From the NCBI GenBank assembly GCA_965214605.1, contig OZ243961.1, forward strand, positions 608,001-672,000: a DNA stretch of 64,000 bases, read 5' to 3'. The stretch comes from an uncultured Candidatus Binatia bacterium (GTDB taxonomy: Bacteria; Desulfobacterota; Binatia; Bin18). Shown here in pieces: positions 37,646 through 47,856 of this stretch. The notes below the pieces were generated by a model. That model was not told the DNA's origin, did not search any database, and saw only the letters and a list, made by a program, of their open reading frames with translations. Position 1 is the first letter of the stretch. Each line of letters starts with the position of its first letter. The position numbers were made by a program, and so were the translations under genes.

Positions 37646-38854
37646 TCATGCAGCTACCTCGGTCTTGCGCCCCTTTTGATCACGGGGCGGCGATGGGTCG
37701 GGGACAGCAATGGCCTCAGCGTGGACCAAACGGTCAAGAAAACTGCCGAGCAAATTGGTCATAGTCTCGACTTCGAGCAGAAACGCGTCGTGACCCCACG
37801 AGCTCTGGACATCCAGATAGGTGACATCGGCGCCGGCGGCGGTCAGCGCGCTCACCAGCTCTCTGCTGTGATAGCTCGGATACAACCAGTCGCTCGTAAA
37901 ACTGACGACCAGATATTTCAGCGCGGCGGAGTTGGCAAAGGCGGCGGCCAAGGCGCCGGTTGTCGCGCTCAGGTCAAAATAGTCCATCGCCTTGGTGATA
38001 TACAGATAACTGTTGGCGTCAAACCGACGGGTAAAATTGTTCCCTTTATATTTTAAATAGCTCTCGACCTGAAACTCGGTCCGAAATTCATAGCCGTAGC
38101 GGACGCGGTCTTGCAAACGGCGGCCAAACTTCTGCTGCATGGACTCTTCGCTCAAGTAGGTAATGTGACCGACCATCCGGGCAACGGCCAGCCCGGCGTC
38201 AGGCTTGATCTCCGCCCCATAATAGTCGCCATTGTTCCAGGCTGGATCGGCATAAATCGCCTGGCGACCGACCTCGCTCAGAGCGATCAGCATCGGACTG
38301 TGGTGGGCGGTAGTCGCGATCGGTATGGCTGCCCGGACGCGTTGGGGGTAGGTGGCCGCCCACTCCAGGGCCTGCATGCCACCCATTGAGCCACCGGCCA
38401 CACACAGCAGCTTGTCAATCTCTAGGTGATCTAGCAGCCGGACCTGGGCTCGGACCATATCACCTATTGTCACCACTGGGAAATGCATGCCGTACGGCGT
38501 CTGGGTGGCCGGGTCAAGATGAGTTGGACCGGTTGAGCCATAACAGCCGCCTAGGACATTGCTACAAATAACAAAGAACCGATCGGTATCAAAAGCTTTG
38601 CCCGGTCCAATACAATCGTCCCACCAGCCCAGACGTATATCCTCAGGATCATGGTATCCGGCGGCGTGGGCACTTCCGCTCAACGCATGAGTCACCAGAA
38701 TGGCGTTTGAGCGATCCGCATTCAGCCGGCCATAGGTTTCATAGCTAAGGGTTACGGGGCTCAGTGTCGCGCCACTGTCAAGCGGAAACGGGCGCTGCTG
38801 GGCGAAGGTGAGTTCTTGCGGCTGAACAATGCCGACGGAGCCGGGTCTGCTCAT
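37646..38854 (-). CDS. metX: Homoserine O-acyltransferase MetX
   Basis: HALSGSAH, NVLGGCYGSTGP, GGSMGGM, FDANSY, GHDAFL. Confidence 0.95.
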   Translation of the reverse strand: MSRPGSVGIVQPQELTFAQQRPFPLDSGATLSPVTLSYETYGRLNADRSNAILVTHALSGSAHAAGYHDPEDIRLGWWDDCIGPGKAFDTDRFFVICSNVLGGCYGSTGPTHLDPATQTPYGMHFPVVTIGDMVRAQVRLLDHLEIDKLLCVAGGSMGGMQALEWAATYPQRVRAAIPIATTAHHSPMLIALSEVGRQAIYADPAWNNGDYYGAEIKPDAGLAVARMVGHITYLSEESMQQKFGRRLQDRVRYGYEFRTEFQVESYLKYKGNNFTRRFDANSYLYITKAMDYFDLSATTGALAAAFANSAALKYLVVSFTSDWLYPSYHSRELVSALTAAGADVTYLDVQSSWGHDAFLLEVETMTNLLGSFLDRLVHAEAIAVPDPSPPRDQKGRKTEVAA

Positions 38855-38926
38855 GGGTCGTCTCAGTCAGGGGCACACGGGCCAAAAAAGCGTCAAGAGG
38901 AAGGCAAGCGGGGACCGGGGCTTATT

Positions 38927-40225
38927 CTAGCCAGCGGCTGCCTTGAGTGCCTGATCTAGGTCCCACACAATATCATCAATGTCTTCTAACCCGACACTCA
39001 GTCGGACGAAATCTGGTGACACACCAGCACTCACCAACTCATCTTCGTTGAGCTGACTGTGAGTCGTGCTGGCCGGGTGAATAGCCAGACTCTTGGCATC
39101 TCCGACATTGGCCACATGGCTGTGGAGTTTCAGGCTATTGATGAATTTCTCGCCCGTTTCGCGTCCCCCCTTGATCAGAAAACCCAGGATCGATCCGGGG
39201 CCTTTGGGTAGATATTTTTCGGCTTTGGCATGATCCGGATGCTTGGTCAGGCCGGGAAAGGCGACCGAGTTGACGCCGGGGTGGGCGTCAAGAAACTCGG
39301 CCACCTGTTGGGCATTTTCTACATGGCGCTGCATGCGCAGACTCAGCGTCTCGACCCCCAGCAGGGTGGTAAAGCTATCAAACGGAGCCTGACAGCCGCC
39401 CACATCGCGTAGGATCTGGACCCGAGACTTGAGAATCATGGCCGGGGCGCCCAGGTCGGCGTAGACCAGACCATGATAGGACGGGTCTGGCTCGGTAAAA
39501 TTGGGGAAGCGTCCACTGCGCCAGTCAAAATTGCCGCCGTCAACAATCACCCCGCCAATAGCCGTGCCGTGCCCACTCAGAAACTTGGTTGTGCTGTGAG
39601 TGACAATATGCGCCCCCCACTCAAATGGTCGGCACAGGTAGGGCGTGGCAAAGGTATTATCGATCATGATCGGAATATTATAGGCTCGGGAGACCTCGGA
39701 CACCTCGTCGAACGGAAAGACTGTAATGTCCGGATTGCCCAGAGTTTCACCGTATAAAATCCTGGTGTTGGGCCGCACGGCAGCGGCAAATTCTTCGGAG
39801 TTGGTTGGATCAACAAAGGTCGTCGTAATCCCCAGGCGCGGAAAGGTGTGGGCGAACTGATTATACGTCCCGCCATAGAGGCGACTGCTGCTCACAATAT
39901 GGTCGCCCTGACCACACAGAGCCATAATGGCTATCATCTGGGCCGCGTGGCCACTGCTGGCGACCAAGGCTCCAACCCCACCTTCGAGCGAGGCTAAACG
40001 CTGTTCCAAGACATCGTTGGTCGGATTCATAATACGGGTATAAATATTACCAAGCTCTTTGAGCGCAAACAGGCTGGCCGCGTGTTGGGTGTTTTTGAAC
40101 TGATAGCTGGTCGTGTGATAAATGGGGACCGCCCGACTGCCGGTGGTGGGATCGGGCTCTTGGCCAGCGTGCAGTTGACGAGTGTTAAATCCGTATTGGC
40201 GATCCTGTATTTCATTGGCACTCAT
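38927..40225 (-). CDS. metY: O-acetylhomoserine aminocarboxypropyltransferase (sulfhydrylase)
   Basis: YTRIMNPT, IDNTFATP, HSTTKFLSGHG (PLP Lys), ANVGDAKSLAIHPASTTH. Confidence 0.93.
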   Translation of the reverse strand: MSANEIQDRQYGFNTRQLHAGQEPDPTTGSRAVPIYHTTSYQFKNTQHAASLFALKELGNIYTRIMNPTNDVLEQRLASLEGGVGALVASSGHAAQMIAIMALCGQGDHIVSSSRLYGGTYNQFAHTFPRLGITTTFVDPTNSEEFAAAVRPNTRILYGETLGNPDITVFPFDEVSEVSRAYNIPIMIDNTFATPYLCRPFEWGAHIVTHSTTKFLSGHGTAIGGVIVDGGNFDWRSGRFPNFTEPDPSYHGLVYADLGAPAMILKSRVQILRDVGGCQAPFDSFTTLLGVETLSLRMQRHVENAQQVAEFLDAHPGVNSVAFPGLTKHPDHAKAEKYLPKGPGSILGFLIKGGRETGEKFINSLKLHSHVANVGDAKSLAIHPASTTHSQLNEDELVSAGVSPDFVRLSVGLEDIDDIVWDLDQALKAAAG

Positions 40226-40434
40226 GCACTCTTCTCCCTCTGTGGTGTGCAGTTCGTCTTCGCCTCCCTTGCCAGCGGCGACCAAAAGCTTCCAGAGTAT
40301 AGCGGGAGAAGACTGGGAGTAGCAAGAGCAAGCCCCAACTCGACCGGGAGACGCGTTGCGGGACCTCTCACAGCTGGCTATGATGTCCTCTATCCGTCAC
40401 TCAGGGCGGGCTGCAGCGTATAAGGAGGATTCCC

Positions 40435-40797
40435 ATGCCAGGCAAATTCTGTGTTTCCCTTACCTCCGCCAAAGACAACCCAGATAAAGCCACCGTCGCC
40501 TTTGTGATTGCCAATGCCTCGGTTGGCTCCGATCAGGACACTCTGGTATTCTTGAGTACCGAAGGGGTTCGTCTGGCGGTCAACGGCTATGCCGATGACA
40601 TCCATGAAGACGGCTTCCTCCCCCTCAAAGAGCTGATGAGCAACTATGCCGAGGCGGGGGGGACGATCTATGTGTGCTCGCCGTGTTTTAAGAGGCGGGG
40701 TCTGGACGAAAACAATCTTGTCCCAGGAGCAACGATCGTCGGGGGGGCTAAGCTGGTCGAGTATCTGGTTGACGGCACGCCGTGTGTGTCGTACTGA
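40435..40797 (+). CDS. DsrE-family protein
   Basis: VFLSTEGVRLA, IYVCSPCFKRRGL; AAGGAGG RBS. Confidence 0.85.
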   Translation: MPGKFCVSLTSAKDNPDKATVAFVIANASVGSDQDTLVFLSTEGVRLAVNGYADDIHEDGFLPLKELMSNYAEAGGTIYVCSPCFKRRGLDENNLVPGATIVGGAKLVEYLVDGTPCVSY

Positions 40798-40875
40798 TCT
40801 CTCAAGACCCAGGATGTTTTCCCACTTATCGCCCCCAGGTCAGAGACAGGAGTGAGGGCGCAGGAGTTGCAGGGG

Positions 40876-42462
40876 ATGGATGAGCAGACACCGCGGCAGC
40901 ATCCGTACCAACCACACGACAGTTTTGACGGCGGTGACCTCGACTGTGGCAACGGCCTGCTGCTGCTGATCCGCAAATATATCGATCCGCTGACCCCCGG
41001 TCAGCTGCTGGAGATTCTGTCAACCGAATCCTCTGTCGTTGAAGACCTGCCGGCCTGGTGTCGGCTGACCAAAAACGAGCTGGTGTCCCATATTCGGCAC
41101 GGCAAGCAGCATAGTTTTCTGGTCTCTAAGGGACCGTATCACAAGCCGGTCGACCAGGCGCCGGCTCCTCCGCACGTTCAGAAGAGTCGGCGCAAAAAAA
41201 CGCGGCTACCTCGCAGAGAGAGGGAACCAGCACCAATAACCCAGCCGATCAAAGAGGTTGTAATTCCCGGCGAGCTACCGGCCCCCCAACCCGCTCCTGC
41301 CGTTCCCCCCCTGTCGGTTATGAACATCGGCAGCTGGCCGCGTCCGCCGTGGTTGCTTCGGGCGCTGAACGACCGTATCGAAGGCCGGATGTCGGACGAA
41401 GAATTTTCTCAGACTGCCGAAGACGCGGTTCGTCTGGCAGTTGCCGCCCAGCAGCGAGCTGGGGTCCAGGTGTTGACCGACGGGGAGCAGCGCCGCGACA
41501 ACTACGCCAGCTTTGTGGGTGGCCTGCTCGACAACTGTCAGCTCATCCCCATCACTGACCTCCTGTCCTATGTTGATGATCCACACGAATTTGAGCGGGA
41601 GTTACGCGCCCTGGATGTCCCAGCCGGCAAAGTTCGCCATCCGGCCGTGTTTGGTCCCTTAGGTCGCAGCCGCCCGCTCACCGTTCACGAGGCCGACTTC
41701 TTGCGAAGCCTAACCCAGGCGCCAATTAAAATTGCCCTCCCTGGCCCATATCTGTTGACCCGGACGATGTGGATGGAGTGCATTTCAGACCGGGCCTACG
41801 ACAACCGCGAAGACCTAGCTACCGACATTGTTCGGGTTCTACGCGAGGAAATACACTCCCTGCTGGCCGCCGGTGTCTCGTTAGTCCAGCTTGATGAGCC
41901 GGTCCTGACCGAGGTCGTCTTCAGCGGCACGATCAACAACCGCACCTTCATGTGTGGCGCTCTAGGAGAGAAACGCGCACCTGATGCTGAACTGGCATTT
42001 GCCGAGTCACTTATTCAACGGGCCATCGCCGGCCTGCCCCAAGAACGCCTGGCCCTCCACATCTGTCGTGGGAATTGGACCCCGGACGAGAGCGTTGCCC
42101 TGGCTGGTGACTATGTCCCCCTCATCCCGCTTTTGCAAAAGTTACGGGTGGGGACGTTTTTCCTTGAAATGTGCACCCCCCGGGCTGGCGATATGGATGT
42201 CCTCAAAGAGGTTCCAGCCGAGGCGCGTCTTGGTATTGGTGTGGTGAATCAGAAGCACCAAGTGACGGAAAGTGTTGAAGAGGTCCTGACCAGGGCCGAG
42301 CGTGCGGTTAAACTGTTTGGGCCGGAACGGGTACTGTTCAACCCGGACTGCGGTTTTGCCACCTTTGCCGATAACCCGATCGTGTCAGCGCAACAGGCCG
42401 AGCAAAAGCTAGCGGTGATGGTCAAAGCCGCGGCCCTGCTGCAGGAGCGTTATCCGCTCTAG
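40876..42462 (+). CDS. TusA-like sulfur-carrier domain fused to cobalamin-independent methionine synthase catalytic domain
   Basis: N-terminal FDGGDLDCG...EDLPAWCRLTKNEL; basic Pro-rich linker; IGSWPRP, TDGEQRR, VQLDEP, LHICRGN, NPDCGF. Confidence 0.85.
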   Translation: MDEQTPRQHPYQPHDSFDGGDLDCGNGLLLLIRKYIDPLTPGQLLEILSTESSVVEDLPAWCRLTKNELVSHIRHGKQHSFLVSKGPYHKPVDQAPAPPHVQKSRRKKTRLPRREREPAPITQPIKEVVIPGELPAPQPAPAVPPLSVMNIGSWPRPPWLLRALNDRIEGRMSDEEFSQTAEDAVRLAVAAQQRAGVQVLTDGEQRRDNYASFVGGLLDNCQLIPITDLLSYVDDPHEFERELRALDVPAGKVRHPAVFGPLGRSRPLTVHEADFLRSLTQAPIKIALPGPYLLTRTMWMECISDRAYDNREDLATDIVRVLREEIHSLLAAGVSLVQLDEPVLTEVVFSGTINNRTFMCGALGEKRAPDAELAFAESLIQRAIAGLPQERLALHICRGNWTPDESVALAGDYVPLIPLLQKLRVGTFFLEMCTPRAGDMDVLKEVPAEARLGIGVVNQKHQVTESVEEVLTRAERAVKLFGPERVLFNPDCGFATFADNPIVSAQQAEQKLAVMVKAAALLQERYPL

Positions 42463-42588
42463 GTCCGTTGGTCGCGGCCGAGCAATCTCGACGGGGGCGG
42501 CCCAGCCTTTCTTGGGGAGCCGCTTCGTGCTATACGCTTCTCAAGAACACCCGACAACAGACGGCTCTGCTCGTCAGGAGGCGAAAAC

Positions 42589-43074
42589 ATGACGCAGCTA
42601 CGCGTAGAGGGCGAGGTCTCCACCCCGCACGATTTTAGCTTTAACGACCTCACTCGGCTGCCCGGCCAAGTCGCCGATGTCGGGCAGTTTGTCCCCGGCC
42701 GGGACGGCAGTGGCGTTCGCCTGCGATCCCTGCTCGATTGGGTTGGCCCCAAAAATAGCGTTCAGTATATTACGCTAGAGTCCAGCGACGGGAAGTTTTC
42801 GGCCAGCCTGCCGGTCACCGCCGTACAAAACGCCATCGTAGCCTATCGGCTAGGCGATGAACCGCTGCCGGCCCAAAAAGGCGGGCCGTTTCGCTTTTTT
42901 ATTCCCCATGCTCAGGAGTGCACGGTTGGCGAGGTTGACGCCTGCGCCAACGTCAAATTTCTTGGTCGTCTCCACCTAAGCCATGAACGCGGTCGAGATG
43001 TCCGTCCAACCAGCCCAGCTTTGCACCAGGCCCACCACGAACGACCGGGGCATGAACATTTGCCCAAAGAATAG
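42589..43074 (+). CDS. Molybdopterin-oxidoreductase (sulfite oxidase-like) domain protein
   Basis: LRVEGEV, GVRLRSLL, AYRLGDEPLPAQKGGPFR, CANVKFL. Confidence 0.75.
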   Translation: MTQLRVEGEVSTPHDFSFNDLTRLPGQVADVGQFVPGRDGSGVRLRSLLDWVGPKNSVQYITLESSDGKFSASLPVTAVQNAIVAYRLGDEPLPAQKGGPFRFFIPHAQECTVGEVDACANVKFLGRLHLSHERGRDVRPTSPALHQAHHERPGHEHLPKE

Positions 43075-43077
43075 TCG

Positions 43078-43527
43078 ATGGATTCGTCTACACCACCATG
43101 TAGGACAAAGGCTGGCGTTGTTGCCGCCCGAACCAGAGCCGATGCTGAGCTTGAGGTGTTGCTGATCACCAGTCGCAAACATCCTCAGTCCTGGATTTTT
43201 CCGGTCGGAACCGTCGAGGCGGGAGAGAGCCTAGAGCAGGCAGCGGCCCGGGAGTGTGCCGAGGAGAGCGGCTATACGGTTGAGGTCGGTCCTCTGTTGG
43301 CCGAACTTGAGTTACCGGATGAGGCTGACAGGACTGTCCGACGGTTTATTTTCTTTGCCGCCAACATCACCGGCGAGTACGCGACGTATGAAATCGACCG
43401 CCAGCGGCGCTGGGTCCCACTCTCCGAGGTGGGAGAGTCTGTGGCTGCGGTATTCCGCCCGGTTGCCCGAGCAGCGACGGAAAACTGGACGCTGGATAGA
43501 CCGCCCACAGCCGTTCAAAAGACGTAG
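43078..43527 (+). CDS. NUDIX hydrolase
   Basis: VLLITSRK..WIFPVGTVEAGESLEQAAARECAEESG. Confidence 0.9.
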   Translation: MDSSTPPCRTKAGVVAARTRADAELEVLLITSRKHPQSWIFPVGTVEAGESLEQAAARECAEESGYTVEVGPLLAELELPDEADRTVRRFIFFAANITGEYATYEIDRQRRWVPLSEVGESVAAVFRPVARAATENWTLDRPPTAVQKT

Positions 43528-43560
43528 ACTCAAGTCCGCTTTTGTCCATGTGACGATCGC

Positions 43561-45261
43561 CTACTCCTGTGTCACCCGCAGGACTTCGGCCACCGTTGTC
43601 AAGCCCTGAGCCACCGTTCGCCAGCCATCGTCCCGCAGGACGCGCATATTTTGGGTGGCGATGGCACGATTCTTAATCACGTCAGCCGAGGCGCGTTTGA
43701 GGATCAGCTGGCGTATGTCTTCATCGACCGTCATCAGCTCAAAGATACCCCGGCGACCGCGATAGCCGGTGTTGGCGCATGCTTCACAGCCGACCGCGTC
43801 ATACACCAATGCCGGGACAAGAGAGGTGCCATTGTCAGCACCGTTTACCCTGAGTCTCTGTCCGCCGAGCTCTACTCCGCCGCTTTGATCGGGACGGCGG
43901 CACTGGAGACATAATGAGCGGACTAAGCGCTGGGCCATCACCCCCAGCAACGAGGAGGCCAACAGATAGTCTTCAACTCCCATCTCCAGGAGTCGAGAAA
44001 CTGCACCGGCAGCATCGTTCGTATGGAGGGTCGAGAACACCAAGTGACCAGTCAGTGCGGACTGAATCGCAATCTCGGCGGTCTCATAGTCCCGAATCTC
44101 ACCGACCATAATAACATCCGGGTCTTGACGCACGATCGAACGCAGCCCAGAGGCAAAGCTGAGGCCGATTTGGGGTTTGACGTGGACCTGATTCACACCA
44201 CTTAGCTGATATTCGACCGGATCTTCGATGGTAATAATCTTTTTGTCGGGTGAGTTAATTTTGTCTAGGGCACCATACAGCGTGGTCGTCTTTCCACTCC
44301 CGGTCGGACCTGTCACCAGGATCATGCCGTAGGGCTTGGTAATCATGGTCTCGAACAGCCCCAGGGTATCTTCTGGGAACCCGAGGGATTCGAGGCTCAG
44401 CGTAATACTTGAGCGATCAAGAATACGTAAGACAACACTTTCTCCGTACAGCGTCGGCAGAGTTGAGACCCGCAGGTCCACCTCGCGGCCTAACATACGT
44501 AGCTTGATCCGCCCGTCCTGGGGCAATCGACGTTCGGCAATATTCAGCTTCGCCATCAGCTTGACGCGTGAGATGAGGGCGGCCTGCAACCGGCGCGGAG
44601 GCGCCTCAATATCGTGCAGGATACCGTCGATGCGGTAGCGGATACGGAGTTCCTTCTCAAACGGCTCAATGTGAATATCTGAGGCTCGCTGCTCCATCGC
44701 CCGAGAGATCATGACGTTGACCAAGCGAATGACCGGAGCCTCACTGGCCAGGTCACGCAGATGCTCAACGTCGTCCTGATCCTCTTCGAGATACCCATCC
44801 TCTCCGGCCTCATTCTCCAGACCGTTGGCCCTCTCGTCCCCTTCGGCGTAGTAGGTGGTTAAGGCGTCCAACAGCTCGCGTTCACGCGCCAAACGACGTA
44901 CCACCCGCAAACCGGTTGCCTTCTCCAGGGCTTCGACTGCGTCTACATCCCCAGGATCGGCCATAGCGGCTATGAGCTGGCCATCCTGAACGCTCAGCGG
45001 ACAGATACGCGCCTGACGAAAATACGCGGGATTGATAGAGTTCAGATCGGGAGGAGCTTGCGGAAAATCACCTACCCCGATCAGCGGGGTTTGGTAGTAG
45101 TTGGCCAGGACGGGTAGCAAATCATCCTCAGAGATAAAGCCGAGTTCAAGCAGCAGGCGCTCTAGTGGTTCACCGCGTTCTTGCTGGACCAACTGAACTC
45201 GGCGCAGATCGTCGGTCGACAGCTTGCCGGTCGACAGCAGCATTTTATCAAGCCGACTCAT
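43561..45261 (-). CDS. gspE: Type II secretion ATPase GspE/PulE
   Basis: ASDIHIEP, GPTGSGKTTT, TIEDPVE, RQDPDVIMVGEIRD, STLHTND, two CxxC. Confidence 0.9.
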   Translation of the reverse strand: MSRLDKMLLSTGKLSTDDLRRVQLVQQERGEPLERLLLELGFISEDDLLPVLANYYQTPLIGVGDFPQAPPDLNSINPAYFRQARICPLSVQDGQLIAAMADPGDVDAVEALEKATGLRVVRRLARERELLDALTTYYAEGDERANGLENEAGEDGYLEEDQDDVEHLRDLASEAPVIRLVNVMISRAMEQRASDIHIEPFEKELRIRYRIDGILHDIEAPPRRLQAALISRVKLMAKLNIAERRLPQDGRIKLRMLGREVDLRVSTLPTLYGESVVLRILDRSSITLSLESLGFPEDTLGLFETMITKPYGMILVTGPTGSGKTTTLYGALDKINSPDKKIITIEDPVEYQLSGVNQVHVKPQIGLSFASGLRSIVRQDPDVIMVGEIRDYETAEIAIQSALTGHLVFSTLHTNDAAGAVSRLLEMGVEDYLLASSLLGVMAQRLVRSLCLQCRRPDQSGGVELGGQRLRVNGADNGTSLVPALVYDAVGCEACANTGYRGRRGIFELMTVDEDIRQLILKRASADVIKNRAIATQNMRVLRDDGWRTVAQGLTTVAEVLRVTQE

Positions 45262-45273
45262 GGGCTCCCTATC

Positions 45274-45966
45274 CTAGTAAATCAGCGACCCGAGGCGCTC
45301 CCAACGCACCCACCGGTCAGCCCCGTCCCATGACCAGTAAATCAGAAAGGCTTTGCCTTTGACATCCCGCGCGTCGACAAAGCCCCAAAACCGGCTGTCA
45401 TGGCTGTGGTCACGGTTATCGCCCATCACAAAGAGCTGGTTGGCCGGGACCCGAATCGGCCCTACATTATCGCGCGGTCCTGGCCGTTCCTGGCCAGCCT
45501 CGGCAAACGTGGCGTAGGGATCGTCGGCTGCCTGACCGTTGATAAAGAGTCTTTTATGACGGATCTCAACCGTATCCCCGCCAATTGCCACCACCCGCTT
45601 AATGAAGTCTTTGCTATTATCCTTGGGATAGACAAAGACAATCACGTCACCGCGCCGGGGTTGACTCCACTGGACGATGGGCAGCTCGATTGGATAGGGG
45701 AGGCGCAGACCGTACTGAAACTTGTTGACTAAGATGTGATCGCCGACCTGGAGGGTCGTCAGCATTGAGCCTGAGGGAATTTTAAAGGCTTGAACAATAA
45801 AGCTACGGATGAACAGGGCTAGCAGCAGGGCGACCAAGAGGGCTTCGGTGTATTCCCGAATAACAGATTTTTGCCTGCGCTTAACCGATCTGGGAGTTGC
45901 CTTGCCTCCGGCAGTCGGGGTGACTGACTCAAGGGCGGCTTGTACGGACAGTTTGTTCTTGGCCAT
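45274..45966 (-). CDS. lepB: Signal peptidase I
   Basis: FKIPSGSM, FIKRVV, MGDNRDHSHDSRFWG. Confidence 0.95.
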   Translation of the reverse strand: MAKNKLSVQAALESVTPTAGGKATPRSVKRRQKSVIREYTEALLVALLLALFIRSFIVQAFKIPSGSMLTTLQVGDHILVNKFQYGLRLPYPIELPIVQWSQPRRGDVIVFVYPKDNSKDFIKRVVAIGGDTVEIRHKRLFINGQAADDPYATFAEAGQERPGPRDNVGPIRVPANQLFVMGDNRDHSHDSRFWGFVDARDVKGKAFLIYWSWDGADRWVRWERLGSLIY

Positions 45967-46035
45967 GACCCGTCTACTGTCCACGGCGCCGACTGTTCAC
46001 AAGAGGTGGAGGATCTCTTCTTGATGAGGTGGCCA

Positions 46036-47847
46036 TCAGCGTTCACCTTTTTCCCGAACCCGTAGCAGGGCGAGAAAAGCGTCCTGCGGAATCTCAACCC
46101 GTCCAACTTGTTTCATGCGCCGTTTCCCCTCTTTTTGCTTTTCTAGCAGTTTTCGCTTACGCGTCATATCCCCTCCGTAGCACTTGGCGGTGACATTTTT
46201 GCGTAGCGCTTTGACGCTTTCACGGGCAATCACTTTATTGCCAATAGCCGCTTGGACTGCCACCTCGAACATCTGACGCGGGATCAGCTGGCGCATTTTT
46301 TGGACCAGTTCGCGGCCCCGACTATAGGCTTGATCACGGTGGACAATCAACGAGAGGGCATCGACAATGTCGTTGTTGATACGCACGTCAAGCCTGACCA
46401 AATCGGCCGGCCGGAGGTCGAGCAGCTCATAGTCGAACGACGCGTAGCCGCGAGTGATCGACTTGAGGCGATCATGGAAGTCAACCACAACTTCGTTGAG
46501 CGGCAGTTCGTATAACACTATGGCACGCTGGACGCCCGGATATTTCAGCTCGCGCTGGACGCCACGCCGTTCCTGGCAGAGCTGGAGAACGTTGCCGAGA
46601 TACTCGCTCGGGACATGGATGGTGGCCAGAATGAACGGCTCTTCAATCGCCTCAATCTCCTGGACCGGTGGCAGCAGAGCCGGATTATCGACTAGGAGCG
46701 ATTCGCCGGTCGGTTTCCGCACGCGATACTCAACGGTCGGTGTCGTGGTAATGAGATCCAGACCAAACTCTCGCTCTATACGCTCCTGGACAATCTCCAT
46801 GTGCAGCAGGCCTAAAAAGCCGCACCGGAAGCCAAAACCGAGCGCCAAAGAACTCTCTTTTTCATAGCTCAAGGAGGAATCGTTCAGCTGGAGTTTCTCC
46901 ATAGCGTCGCGCAGCGCGTCGTACTGGTGAGATTCGACCGGGTAGAGGCCGCTAAACACCATGGGGTTAACCTCTTTAAAGCCGGGTAATGGCTGCTGCG
47001 TCGGCCGCTCAGCGTCGGTAATCGTATCCCCGACCAGAGCCTCGGTCACTGTCTTAATGTTGGCCATGACAAAGCCGACCTCACCGGGACCAAGCTCAGA
47101 CACGGCTCGTGGCCGAGGGGCAAAAACGCCGACCTGGCCCACTTCGTAGACCTTGCCGGTTGACACAAACTGGATGCGCATCCCCGCGCGCAGCACCCCG
47201 TCAAAGACGCGGACCTGTACAACCGCGCCCTGGTAGGGGTCAAACCAGCTATCAAACAGAAGGGCGCTGAGCGGCAGCTGAACGTCTCCCTGGGGAGCGG
47301 GGACCGTCCGAACAATCCCTTCTAGCACCTCAAGAATCCCGCGTCCGTGTTTGGCACTGGCTAAGACGGCCTCGCTGCCGTCCAAACCGATGACATCCTC
47401 TAATTCGGCCCGCACCCGTTTGGGATCGGCGCCGGGGAGATCTATTTTGTTAATAACTGGCAGAATTTCCAGCGAGTGGTCCAGGGCTAAATAGGTGTTG
47501 GCTAGGGTTTGGGCTTCTACGCCCTGGGCGGCGTCAACAACTAGGATCGCGCCCTCACACGCCGACAAACTACGCGAAACTTCGTAGGAAAAGTCGACAT
47601 GGCCGGGAGTATCAATTAAATTCAAACAGTAGGTCTTACCGTCCTGGGCCTGGTAGCGGAGGCGCACCGTCCGAGCCTTAATCGTAATCCCCCGCTCTTG
47701 CTCCAGATCCATAGTATCCAGAAACTGGGTCGCCTCTTCACGTTCGCTGAGCGATCCCGAATACGACAGCAGCTTGTCGGCCAGCGTCGATTTGCCATGA
47801 TCGATATGGGCAACGATGCTAAAGTTGCGAATCAGGCTGCTATCCAT
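46036..47847 (-). CDS. lepA: Elongation factor 4
   Basis: [39 protein letters not shown]. Confidence 0.98.
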   Translation of the reverse strand: MDSSLIRNFSIVAHIDHGKSTLADKLLSYSGSLSEREEATQFLDTMDLEQERGITIKARTVRLRYQAQDGKTYCLNLIDTPGHVDFSYEVSRSLSACEGAILVVDAAQGVEAQTLANTYLALDHSLEILPVINKIDLPGADPKRVRAELEDVIGLDGSEAVLASAKHGRGILEVLEGIVRTVPAPQGDVQLPLSALLFDSWFDPYQGAVVQVRVFDGVLRAGMRIQFVSTGKVYEVGQVGVFAPRPRAVSELGPGEVGFVMANIKTVTEALVGDTITDAERPTQQPLPGFKEVNPMVFSGLYPVESHQYDALRDAMEKLQLNDSSLSYEKESSLALGFGFRCGFLGLLHMEIVQERIEREFGLDLITTTPTVEYRVRKPTGESLLVDNPALLPPVQEIEAIEEPFILATIHVPSEYLGNVLQLCQERRGVQRELKYPGVQRAIVLYELPLNEVVVDFHDRLKSITRGYASFDYELLDLRPADLVRLDVRINNDIVDALSLIVHRDQAYSRGRELVQKMRQLIPRQMFEVAVQAAIGNKVIARESVKALRKNVTAKCYGGDMTRKRKLLEKQKEGKRRMKQVGRVEIPQDAFLALLRVREKGER

Positions 47848-47856
47848 GGAGTAATG

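Noticed and set aside
40226-40434. SAM riboswitch upstream of metY
   Set aside because: No SAM-I, SAM-II or SAM/SAH consensus recognised; only a plausible sigma70-like TTGCTA-N18-TATACT on the minus strand
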